Assembly (NCBI GenBank): GCA_016710015.1
Contig: JADJLR010000002.1
Coordinates: 416,365 to 480,364, forward strand
Length of the DNA stretch: 64,000 nucleotides
DNA from: Flavobacteriales bacterium
GTDB lineage: Bacteria; Bacteroidota; Bacteroidia; Flavobacteriales_F; PHOS-HE28
Reading direction: 5' to 3'
A program made the translations under genes and the position numbers. The notes below the pieces were generated by a model. The model searched no databases and had not been told where the DNA came from. It saw only the letters and a program-made list of their open reading frames with translations. Each line of letters opens with the position of its first letter. The stretch's first letter is position 1. This document shows, piece after piece, positions 50,167-58,240 of the stretch.

Positions 50167-51105
50167 ATGCCGACCCCAACAGAAGACGCTCCGGGAGCAC
50201 TCCTCACCTTTCTGCGCGTTCTCGGCATGGACCTGTTGATCCTATTGAAGATCGTGGCCGTCCTTGCCGCAGCATGGTTGGTGGAAAGGATCACGTACCT
50301 GATCCTGCGCCGCGGCTATGCCCGTCGTAAGGCGAGAGGCCGTGATGAATTCACCCAATACCGGTTCTTGCGCAATGCGGTGCGAACCGTTGTGGTGGTT
50401 TGCGCCTTCTTCGCCGTGGTGTACACCATACCTGCTTTGCGTTCCTTCGCTTTCACACTTTTCGCTGGTGCTGGCTTGTTGGTCGCGATCCTAGGCTTTG
50501 CCGCACAGAAGGCATTCAGTGATATCATCAGCGGCATCTTCATTGTTGCGTTCAGACCGTTCCGCGTGGGCGATGTGATCCAAGTAGGCCAGCAAGGTCT
50601 TTTCGGCACCGTGGAGGACATCAACTTGCGACACACCACCTTTCTCACTTTCGAGAATCGCCGAGTGGTGATCCCCAACTCGATCATCGGTGAGGAACGT
50701 ATCGTGAACAGCAGCATCCGCGATGAATCCACGTGCCAATTCGTTGAGATCCCCGTGGCCGTGAATGCGGATCTGGAAAGGGCAAGGTCCATCATGCAAC
50801 GCGTTGCGAAGGCTCATCCCGCGCAATACGACAACCGTTCGGTGGAAGAAAAGGCCGCTGGTGAGCCGGAGGTCGCTGTTCGCGTGGTGGACATCAAGGA
50901 TGGAGTGGTCAACCTGCGTGCGTATGTATGGGCTGCGGACCCGGTCACCGCTCGCGTGATGCGCTACGATCTGACCGAACGGATCCTGATCCAGTTCGCG
51001 CAAGAACACATCCCGATCGCCGTGCCCATTCAGCATTTCGTGCAGCAGAATCCGTTCCGAACACTCGCCACCGGAGCGGTCGACATTCAACAAGACGATC
51101 AATAG
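50167..51105 (+). CDS. mscS: mechanosensitive ion channel family protein (MscS-like)
   Basis: TM helices, then the MscS core GFAAQKAFSDIISGIFIVAFRPFRVGDVIQVGQQGLFGTVEDINLRHTTF. Confidence 0.85.
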   Translation: MPTPTEDAPGALLTFLRVLGMDLLILLKIVAVLAAAWLVERITYLILRRGYARRKARGRDEFTQYRFLRNAVRTVVVVCAFFAVVYTIPALRSFAFTLFAGAGLLVAILGFAAQKAFSDIISGIFIVAFRPFRVGDVIQVGQQGLFGTVEDINLRHTTFLTFENRRVVIPNSIIGEERIVNSSIRDESTCQFVEIPVAVNADLERARSIMQRVAKAHPAQYDNRSVEEKAAGEPEVAVRVVDIKDGVVNLRAYVWAADPVTARVMRYDLTERILIQFAQEHIPIAVPIQHFVQQNPFRTLATGAVDIQQDDQ

Positions 51106-51148
51106 AGCCGCTGTTCTGGACCAACCTTTTGTAGGCAAGAAAGACACG

Positions 51149-52210
51149 ATGAAGAAAGTCCGCCTCCGATCCGAAAAAGCAGGTCTACCGCCGGGTGCCT
51201 TCGTTCGTGTGGGTCATGGGTCAGGATCAAATACGCTTATTCGTTTGTTCGAGTATGGCACCGATCGCGTGGTGGAGAGGCAACTCGACTCGATCGATGT
51301 ACCTGACACACTGGAAAATGGGTGCGCGAATGCGTGGATCGACATCGACGGGTTGAACGACGATGGGCTACTGCTCTCCATTGGAGAACGCTTCGACCTG
51401 CACCCACTGTTGCTGGAAGATGTATTGAACACGGATCACCGGCCCAAGGTGGAGGAGTACCATGATACCCTCTTCGTGGTGACCAAGATGCTCGCACTGG
51501 ATGAGGAGACCGGTGGTATCCTAAGCGAACAGATCTGCTTCATACTACGCAAAGGACTTGTGATCTCGTTCCAGGAACGTCCGGGCGATGTGCTTGAACC
51601 CATTCGTGAACGCCTGCGCATGGACACCGGTCGCGTGCGTCGAGCCGGAGCAGATTATCTTCTCTATTCGCTCCTCGATGTGATCGTGGACAACTACTTC
51701 CAGATCGTGGAGGATCTGGGTGGACGGATCGAAGCCCTTGAGCGCAAAGTGATGCTGAAGCCCGGCAACGAAGACCTGCTCACCATCCAAGAGTTGCGCA
51801 CTGCGCTGATCGGCGTGAACCGTTATGTGACCCCCACGCGGGAACTCGCTGGGCGGTTGAATACGCTGCAAAGCCCACTCATTGATAAAAGTACCAGGCG
51901 GTACATCAACGACCTACAGGACCATACGGTGTACATCGCCGAAACGATCAACACGGACCGCGAGATCCTGACCAGTTTGGAGAATACGTACCACGCCGGG
52001 CAGAACGCACGGATGACGCAGGTGATGAAGCTGCTGACCGTGATCAGCACCATCTTCATTCCGCTCACCTTCATCGTGGGTGTGTTCGGGATGAATTTCA
52101 GGTACATGCCCGAGTTGGAATGGCACTATGGCTACCCTCTGGTGATGCTGGCCATGGCCGTGATCACCGGGCTGATGCTCCTCTGGTTCCGCAAGCGGAA
52201 ATGGCTCTGA
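51149..52210 (+). CDS. corA: magnesium/cobalt transporter CorA
   Basis: C-terminal two-TM region with the GMN motif (GVFGMNFRYMPELEWHYGYP). Length 353 aa. Confidence 0.9.
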   Translation: MKKVRLRSEKAGLPPGAFVRVGHGSGSNTLIRLFEYGTDRVVERQLDSIDVPDTLENGCANAWIDIDGLNDDGLLLSIGERFDLHPLLLEDVLNTDHRPKVEEYHDTLFVVTKMLALDEETGGILSEQICFILRKGLVISFQERPGDVLEPIRERLRMDTGRVRRAGADYLLYSLLDVIVDNYFQIVEDLGGRIEALERKVMLKPGNEDLLTIQELRTALIGVNRYVTPTRELAGRLNTLQSPLIDKSTRRYINDLQDHTVYIAETINTDREILTSLENTYHAGQNARMTQVMKLLTVISTIFIPLTFIVGVFGMNFRYMPELEWHYGYPLVMLAMAVITGLMLLWFRKRKWL

Positions 52211-52518
52211 GGGCTCCTCTCCTCGGACCCCGGCGATCGAATTTCTCCGAGGAGTGTCGGCGCATTGTCCTGTCCTTTTACTTTGCACCGTGACGAACCG
52301 CGAACACAACCTTCCTTCCAAGGCCCCACCTAACTGTGGAATGACCTTGCATTGGGCTGTGGACGGCACCTGTTGCGCATCCTTCGCTTTCAGCTGATGG
52401 GCATTCGCGTGTCCTTCTGCTATGGGATGGCCCAGTTCCCCAACGCTTCGAACCGCTCACGCTTCCTTCTGATCACCCTGCGGACCTTGGCCCACCTTGA
52501 TGGACCGAGCGATCGCAC

Positions 52519-53961
52519 ATGGCCAATCCCCGCCTTTCACGCACTATGAAAACACGCTACGTCGACTTGATCGAGCAGACCTTCGATTTCCCGAAGGACG
52601 AGTTCACCTTGGACGATGACAACTTGGTCTGGAACGATCTGCCTCTGGTCCAGTTGATCGAAAAACACGGCACACCACTCCGCATCACGTACTTGCCGAA
52701 GATCGGCGAGAAGATCGAGTTCGCCCGCGACCGCTTCAAGAAAGCCTTTGAGACGCATGCGTATAACGGCACCTATGAATACTTCTACTGCACCAAGAGC
52801 AACCATTTCCAATACGTGATCGATAAGGTATTGGACAAGGGCGTGAATCTGGAGACCAGCAGTGCCTATGATCTGGAGATGATCGAATTGCTCATCGAGC
52901 GGGGACGGATCACCAAGGAAGCCACCATCCTGTGCAACGGGTTCAAGGATGCGCGCTACATACAAGGTATCGGCAAGCTTGCCAACCGGGGGTTCAACGT
53001 GGTGCCCATCATCGACAACATGGCGGAGATCCAACTGTTGGACGAAGTGATCGAGGGGAAGTGCGACATCGGGATCCGCATTGCTGCGGAAGAGGCTCCG
53101 AAATTCGAATTCTACACCAGCCGGTTGGGGATCGGGTACAAGGACATCATCCCGTTCTATATGCGCAACATCAGCAAACAGAAGAAATTCCGTTTGAAGC
53201 TGATGCACTTCTTCATCAACACCGGCATCACCGATACTGCGTACTACTGGAACGAGTTGAGCAAGTGCGTGAACGTGTACTGCGACCTGTGGAAGCTCTG
53301 CCGAACCTTGGACACACTGGATATCGGCGGTGGATTACCCATCAAGAACAGCCTCAATTTCAGCTTCGATGTGGATTACATGATCAGCGAGATCGTCGGG
53401 CGTATCAAGGACATCTGCGAGGAGAACAAAGTGCAGGAACCGAACATCTTCAGCGAATTCGGATCCTTCACCGTGAGCGATAGCGGTGCCACATTCTTCA
53501 GTATCGTGTACCAGAAGAAGCAGAACGAGAAGGAACGGTGGAACATGATCGATGGGTCCTTCATGACCACCTTACCGGACACATGGGCCATCAGCAAACG
53601 GTTCATCATGTTGCCCGTGAACAATTGGAACGACGAGTACGAACGCGTCTTCCTCGGTGGCATGACCTGCGATAGCGACGACTATTACAACAGCGAGCAG
53701 CATATAAACGCCATCTACCTGCCCAAGTACCAAGAGGAACGGCGCCAATACATCGGCTATTTCAATACCGGGGCATACCAAGATACCCTAGGCGGCTTCG
53801 GTGGTATCCAACACTGCCTGATCCCCAAGCCCAAGCACGTGTTGATCGACCGGTTGCCGGACGGCACCCTCACCGACCGCATCTTCGCTGAACAGCAGAC
53901 CGCCGAACGCATGCTGCAATTGTTGGGCTACTTACCGATGGAAGAGGAGGTGAAGAAGTAA
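52519..53961 (+). CDS. speA: arginine decarboxylase (short Bacteroidota-type, PLP fold III)
   Basis: Reads DLIEQTFDFPKDEFTLDDDNLVWNDLPLVQLIEKHGTPLRITYLPKIGEKIEFARDRFKKAFE...YEYFYCTKSNHFQYVIDKVLDKGVNLETSSAYDLEMI. The alternative start is ATG at 52546. Confidence 0.85.
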   Translation: MANPRLSRTMKTRYVDLIEQTFDFPKDEFTLDDDNLVWNDLPLVQLIEKHGTPLRITYLPKIGEKIEFARDRFKKAFETHAYNGTYEYFYCTKSNHFQYVIDKVLDKGVNLETSSAYDLEMIELLIERGRITKEATILCNGFKDARYIQGIGKLANRGFNVVPIIDNMAEIQLLDEVIEGKCDIGIRIAAEEAPKFEFYTSRLGIGYKDIIPFYMRNISKQKKFRLKLMHFFINTGITDTAYYWNELSKCVNVYCDLWKLCRTLDTLDIGGGLPIKNSLNFSFDVDYMISEIVGRIKDICEENKVQEPNIFSEFGSFTVSDSGATFFSIVYQKKQNEKERWNMIDGSFMTTLPDTWAISKRFIMLPVNNWNDEYERVFLGGMTCDSDDYYNSEQHINAIYLPKYQEERRQYIGYFNTGAYQDTLGGFGGIQHCLIPKPKHVLIDRLPDGTLTDRIFAEQQTAERMLQLLGYLPMEEEVKK

Positions 53962-53973
53962 CGAACTCCATGA

Positions 53974-54022
53974 TGAGTGACGAGTGGCGAGTGGCGAGTG
54001 ATGAGTGGCTAGTGGCGAATGA
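53974..54022. repeat. seven tandem copies of a degenerate heptamer (GAGTGGC) in the speA–DHS intergenic region
   Basis: gagtgac gagtggc gagtggc gagtgat gagtggc tagtggc gaatgac, about 85 nt upstream of the DHS-like start codon. Confidence 0.7.
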
Positions 54023-54107
54023 CCAGCTTTGTGGACACCACATGCCACTTGATCCTCGACCCATCCTTTGCATTTCCACTTCCCCCTCTATATTCGACCC
54101 CTGAACG

Positions 54108-55082
54108 ATGAGCAACACGCGACCGATATCGGCCTTCATGGAGAAGCACTACCTGCACTTCAATGCAGCAGCGCTCGTGGATGCCGCGAAAGGATACAAG
54201 GCCCATTTGGCACAAGGTCGCAAAATGATGGTGACCTTGGCCGGTGCAATGAGTACCGCTGAACTGGGCAAGAGCTTGGCCGAAATGATCCGCCAAGGGA
54301 AGGTGGACATCATCAGTTGCACGGGTGCGAATTTGGAGGAGGATGTGATGAACCTCGTGGCGCACGACCATTACGAGCGAGTACCCAACTACAGGGACCT
54401 GACCCCGCAACAAGAACGGGCACTGCTGGACCGTGGCATGAACCGCGTCACTGACACTTGCATTCCGGAACATGAGGCCTTCCGTCGTTTGGAAAAGCAT
54501 GTGGTGGACCTGTGGACCGCCGATGACAAGAGCAGGAACCGTCGATTTCCGCACCAGTACTTCTACGAAATGATCAACTCTGGCGTACTGAAGCAGTATT
54601 ACCAGATCGACCCGAAGAACAGTTGGATGGTGGCCGCAGCAGAGCGCAACCTGCCTATCATCTGCCCCGGATGGGAGGACAGTACCTTGGGCAACATCTT
54701 CGCTGGCCATTGCATGGTCGGCGATTGCAAACCCGGCATGATGAAGAGCGGGATCGAATACATGATGTTCCTAGCGGATTGGTACACGAACAATTGCGGT
54801 GTTGAGGGCATCGGTTTCTTCCAGATCGGTGGTGGTATCGCAGGGGACTTCCCGATCTGTGTAGTGCCCATGCTCCAACAAGACCTGCAACGCGAAACGC
54901 CGTTCTGGAGCTACTTCTGCCAGATCAGCGACAGCACCACGAGCTACGGCAGTTACAGCGGCGCTGTACCCAATGAGAAGATCACGTGGGGAAAACTCGA
55001 TATCGACACCCCGAAGTACATCATTGAAAGCGATGCTACTATTGTAGCACCACTCTTATTCGCGTACGTCCTTGATATGTGA
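54108..55082 (+). CDS. deoxyhypusine synthase family protein (homospermidine-synthase-like)
   Basis: Reads LAGAMSTAELGKSLAEMIRQGKVDIISCTGANLEEDVMNLV and GWEDSTLGNIFAG, the DHS-like fold. It is adjacent to speA, a polyamine context. Confidence 0.85.
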   Translation: MSNTRPISAFMEKHYLHFNAAALVDAAKGYKAHLAQGRKMMVTLAGAMSTAELGKSLAEMIRQGKVDIISCTGANLEEDVMNLVAHDHYERVPNYRDLTPQQERALLDRGMNRVTDTCIPEHEAFRRLEKHVVDLWTADDKSRNRRFPHQYFYEMINSGVLKQYYQIDPKNSWMVAAAERNLPIICPGWEDSTLGNIFAGHCMVGDCKPGMMKSGIEYMMFLADWYTNNCGVEGIGFFQIGGGIAGDFPICVVPMLQQDLQRETPFWSYFCQISDSTTSYGSYSGAVPNEKITWGKLDIDTPKYIIESDATIVAPLLFAYVLDM

Positions 55083-55471
55083 CCAAACGCCTGCGCCGGG
55101 CCTCGGTGCTTGAAACCATGCAACGCCTGATCCGCTCCTTCAATACCTTGACCGATGCGCTCAAGGAAACCCTACAGGAACAATACCCTGATGGGATCGA
55201 CACCACGCACATCAAGACGATCCCCACCGCCAAGGGCGAAGTCCTACGGGTGATCGAACTGCTTACGGCAGATGCCATGTACCTGATCAAGATCAACCCG
55301 GAGAGTCGGGAAGAGATCGAACAGTTCCTGGATCAGGATGACGGCGGTTCGGATGACGGTGACGAGATGGAAGGCAACGACGAGCTGGAAGGTGCCGACG
55401 ATGCAGACGACGATGATCCCGATGATGATGTGGCGGACGATGCAGGAGATGACGACGATGATGAAGATTGA
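55079..55471 (+). CDS. hypothetical protein with ~80-aa N-domain and extreme poly-Asp/Glu C-terminal tail
   Basis: GTG at 55079 overlaps the DHS stop (GTGA); the alternative ATG is 55118 (MQRLIRSF). The tail reads DQDDGGSDDGDEMEGNDELEGADDADDDDPDDDVADDAGDDDDDED. Confidence 0.5.
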   Translation: MTKRLRRASVLETMQRLIRSFNTLTDALKETLQEQYPDGIDTTHIKTIPTAKGEVLRVIELLTADAMYLIKINPESREEIEQFLDQDDGGSDDGDEMEGNDELEGADDADDDDPDDDVADDAGDDDDDED

Positions 55472-55571
55472 CCGGTTCATTACTTGAATACCCGAACGCC
55501 TCCGCTAACAACGGGGGCGTTCTTACTTTCGGTGCAAGCAACGCCATAGCTCCAAAGATCGGCGCACGCAA

Positions 55572-55988
55572 ATGACCGGACCATTCCACCTCGCCTTCGC
55601 CACCACGGACCTCAAACGCATCAGAGCCTTCTACGGCAAGTTCCTTGGCTGCAAGGAGGGCCGCAGCGCCGAGACCTGGGTGGACTACGACTTCTTCGGT
55701 CATCAACTCACGATCCAAGAGGTACCCAAATTGATCAAGACCGCTCGGATCTACAACCCCAAGAGCAGCATCCCAAGCACGCATTGGGGCATCGTGCTGC
55801 CATTGGCCGACTGGAGAAAGCTGCGCGACAAATTGAAGAAGGTGGGCGTGAAGTTCTACATCGAACCCGGCGTGGTGATGAAGGGCCAAGTAGGCGAACA
55901 ACGCAGCATGTTCATCGAGGACCCTGACGGCCATGCCATCGAGTTCAAGGCCTTCGAGGACGCTGGCGATCTCTTTCGTCGATCATGA
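55572..55988 (+). CDS. VOC family (glyoxalase/bleomycin-resistance/dioxygenase fold) protein
   Basis: Reads FHLAFATTDLKRIRAFYGKFLGC...HAIEFKAF, a typical VOC beta-alpha-beta-beta-beta module. Confidence 0.75.
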   Translation: MTGPFHLAFATTDLKRIRAFYGKFLGCKEGRSAETWVDYDFFGHQLTIQEVPKLIKTARIYNPKSSIPSTHWGIVLPLADWRKLRDKLKKVGVKFYIEPGVVMKGQVGEQRSMFIEDPDGHAIEFKAFEDAGDLFRRS

Positions 55989-56182
55989 CGGCAAGAGGTG
56001 CCATTGTACTTCTCCTTTTCGGCCTTGGCGTCGGGATCATTGGTAATTTGTTCAAGATCCAACATTGGCCGAATGCCGGACCGATCCTCATCGCAGCCTC
56101 GTCCATGCAAGCGATCGCCGTCTTCATTCTCATCCTGAAGGTTTCCCGCTACCCCGGTTCCAAGGAATTCCTGGACCGATGA
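55985..56182 (+). CDS. small two-TM membrane protein, hypothetical
   Basis: ATGA overlap with the VOC stop. 65 aa with two hydrophobic helices (IVLLLFGLGVGIIGNLF; ILIAASSMQAIAVFILIL). Confidence 0.45.
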   Translation: MTARGAIVLLLFGLGVGIIGNLFKIQHWPNAGPILIAASSMQAIAVFILILKVSRYPGSKEFLDR

Positions 56183-56191
56183 GCACCAATG

Positions 56192-56218
56192 AAAAAGGCA
56201 CCTGACCGGTGCCCTTTT
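56192..56218. terminator. bidirectional rho-independent terminator
   Basis: AAAAAGGCACC tgac CGGTGCCCTTTT: GC stem flanked by an A-tract and a T-tract, between convergent genes. Confidence 0.6.
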
Positions 56219-56241
56219 ACAATTCGGATCGTTTCGTTCTT

Positions 56242-56637
56242 TCAGTAGGTCCGGTGCGCGGCGAGCAAGCCATCAGCATCGTACTGCTTGCCGTGTCGAA
56301 GCTTTCCGTTGTGGTAGGTCAACTGGCCCAAGGGTTCGTCGGCCTCCGTGCGGAATTCCCAAACCCCTTGCCGCTCGCCTTCCTTGAACCCGGCTTGTGT
56401 GATCAGCGCACCCGTGTCCGTGTATTGCTTCCACACACCATCCCTCCGGCCTTGGTGGAAACATCCGATCTCATTCACCTTGCCGTTCTCGTGGTAGGTA
56501 ATGAAATGGATCCGTTCGTCCTCGGTGTAGCGAGTAGCGCGCAATGTCCCGTCCGGCCAATACTCTTGGCTGAGCAATTCCTGTGCGCTGAGACCTGTGC
56601 CCAAACCGAGGAAAAGAAGAAAGAGCAAGTGCTTCAT
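56242..56637 (-). CDS. secreted MORN-repeat protein (YwqK-family-like)
   Basis: Signal peptide MKHLLFLLFLGLGTGLSAQ (ATG at 56637; the ORF opens at 56685). Repeats read YWPDGTLRATRYTEDERIHFITYHENGKVNEIGCFHQGRRDGVWKQY...GERQGVWEF. Confidence 0.6.
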   Translation of the reverse strand: MKHLLFLLFLGLGTGLSAQELLSQEYWPDGTLRATRYTEDERIHFITYHENGKVNEIGCFHQGRRDGVWKQYTDTGALITQAGFKEGERQGVWEFRTEADEPLGQLTYHNGKLRHGKQYDADGLLAAHRTY

Positions 56638-56782
56638 GGTCCTGTGTTCCACCTTGGAATTCTTCGAAAGTAAGGATTGTTTCATACCGAGTTAACATGG
56701 ATCTAACATTGGAATTCGGCTGATCGATCCCGTTCTGAACCCGTTGAGCACCCTACTTTAGTCGGCCTTCCCGCAGCTACGC

Positions 56783-58237
56783 ATGGTCTTCAGTTCACCG
56801 GTCTTCTTGTTCCTCTTCCTGCCGGTGGTGTTGCTGTTGGTGCTATCTGCCGGTACGCTGAAGGCGCGGAACACGATCCTCACGATCGCCAGCCTCTTCT
56901 TCTACGCATGGGGAGAAACGCTGTATGTGGTGGTGATGCTCGGCAGCATCTTGCTGAACTACCTGATGGGCCTGTGGCTCGGGGCAGCATCCACAAGTTC
57001 CGGAAGGAAGATCGCCATCACGGTGGCGGTGGTCTCCAACCTCGGCCTGCTTGCATGGTTCAAGTACGCCAATTTCATTGTGGACAATCTGGCCATCCTG
57101 TTGGATGGTTTCGATATCAGCATGACCACGATCGATCCCGTTCAGCTACCGATCGGGATCTCCTTCTTCACTTTCCAGAGCCTGAGCTATGTGATCGACG
57201 TGTACCGCCGAGAGGTGCCCGAGCAACGAAAGCTGGGGAACCTGGCGCTCTACATTTCCCTCTTTCCCCAGCTGATCGCTGGACCGATCGTCCGCTATCA
57301 AGACGTGATGGACCAGATCGACGACCGCAGGATCGACTTGGAAGGATTCGCCATCGGTGCCCGGCGCTTCATCATCGGCTTGGGCAAGAAACTCCTGATC
57401 GCCGACCACGCCGCACGCGTTGCCGATACGATCTACGCGATCCCCGAAGGTGCCATGCCGGTGAGCGTCGCATGGCTGGGCGCACTGGCGTACAGCATCC
57501 AGATCTACTTCGACTTCAGCGGATACAGCGATATGGCCATCGGCTTGGGACGCATGTTCGGTTTCCACTTCTTGGAGAACTTCAATTTCCCGTTCATCGC
57601 GCGCAGCATTCGGGAATTCTGGCAGCGTTGGCACATCTCGTTAACGACGTGGTTCCGCGACTACGTGTACATCCCCTTGGGTGGTAGCCGAGGAACCACA
57701 TTGATGACCTACCGGAACCTACTGGCCATCTTCTTCTTCACCGGTCTATGGCATGGCGCCAGTTGGAACTTCGTGATCTGGGGACTCTTCCACGGCATGT
57801 TCCTGGTGATCGAACGACTGGGTTGGCAAAAGATCCTCGACAAGCTCCCTGCACCATTCGGCATCGTGTACATGATGATTGTCCTCAATGTGGCTTGGGC
57901 ACTCTTCCACACCAACGACTTGGAGAGCGCTTGGAACTATATGCGCAGTATGTTCGGAACGAATCCGCACGGCATCGGCATCAACTATCTCTCTTTCTAC
58001 CTCAGCAACGACTTCGTCGTGGTGATGATCCTCGGTGCCCTAGCAAGCACTCCGCTTCTCCGGACGGTCCTAGCGCGGATGAAGGTCGGTCTCGCCGAGC
58101 GCTCTGTGCGGGTCCGCGCATTCTCCCGGAGCATGTATGCCATCAGCGATGTGAGCGTGCATGCGCTGATCCTGTTGTTGTGCGCGATGCATATGGCGAG
58201 CAACACCTATGCACCGTTCATCTACTTCCGCTTCTAG
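56783..58237 (+). CDS. MBOAT family membrane-bound O-acyltransferase (AlgI/DltB-like)
   Basis: N-terminus MVFSSPVFLFLFLPVVLLL. Conserved His region FWQRWHISLTTWFRDYVYIPLGGSR. Multi-TM. Confidence 0.9.
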   Translation: MVFSSPVFLFLFLPVVLLLVLSAGTLKARNTILTIASLFFYAWGETLYVVVMLGSILLNYLMGLWLGAASTSSGRKIAITVAVVSNLGLLAWFKYANFIVDNLAILLDGFDISMTTIDPVQLPIGISFFTFQSLSYVIDVYRREVPEQRKLGNLALYISLFPQLIAGPIVRYQDVMDQIDDRRIDLEGFAIGARRFIIGLGKKLLIADHAARVADTIYAIPEGAMPVSVAWLGALAYSIQIYFDFSGYSDMAIGLGRMFGFHFLENFNFPFIARSIREFWQRWHISLTTWFRDYVYIPLGGSRGTTLMTYRNLLAIFFFTGLWHGASWNFVIWGLFHGMFLVIERLGWQKILDKLPAPFGIVYMMIVLNVAWALFHTNDLESAWNYMRSMFGTNPHGIGINYLSFYLSNDFVVVMILGALASTPLLRTVLARMKVGLAERSVRVRAFSRSMYAISDVSVHALILLLCAMHMASNTYAPFIYFRF

Positions 58238-58240
58238 GCC

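Noticed and set aside
52211-52518. 308-bp corA–speA intergenic region as riboswitch/ncRNA
   Set aside because: Only a 9-bp stem (CTCCTCGGA…TCCGAGGAG, 52219-52254) right after the corA stop is evident. No recognisable riboswitch consensus could be identified by eye.
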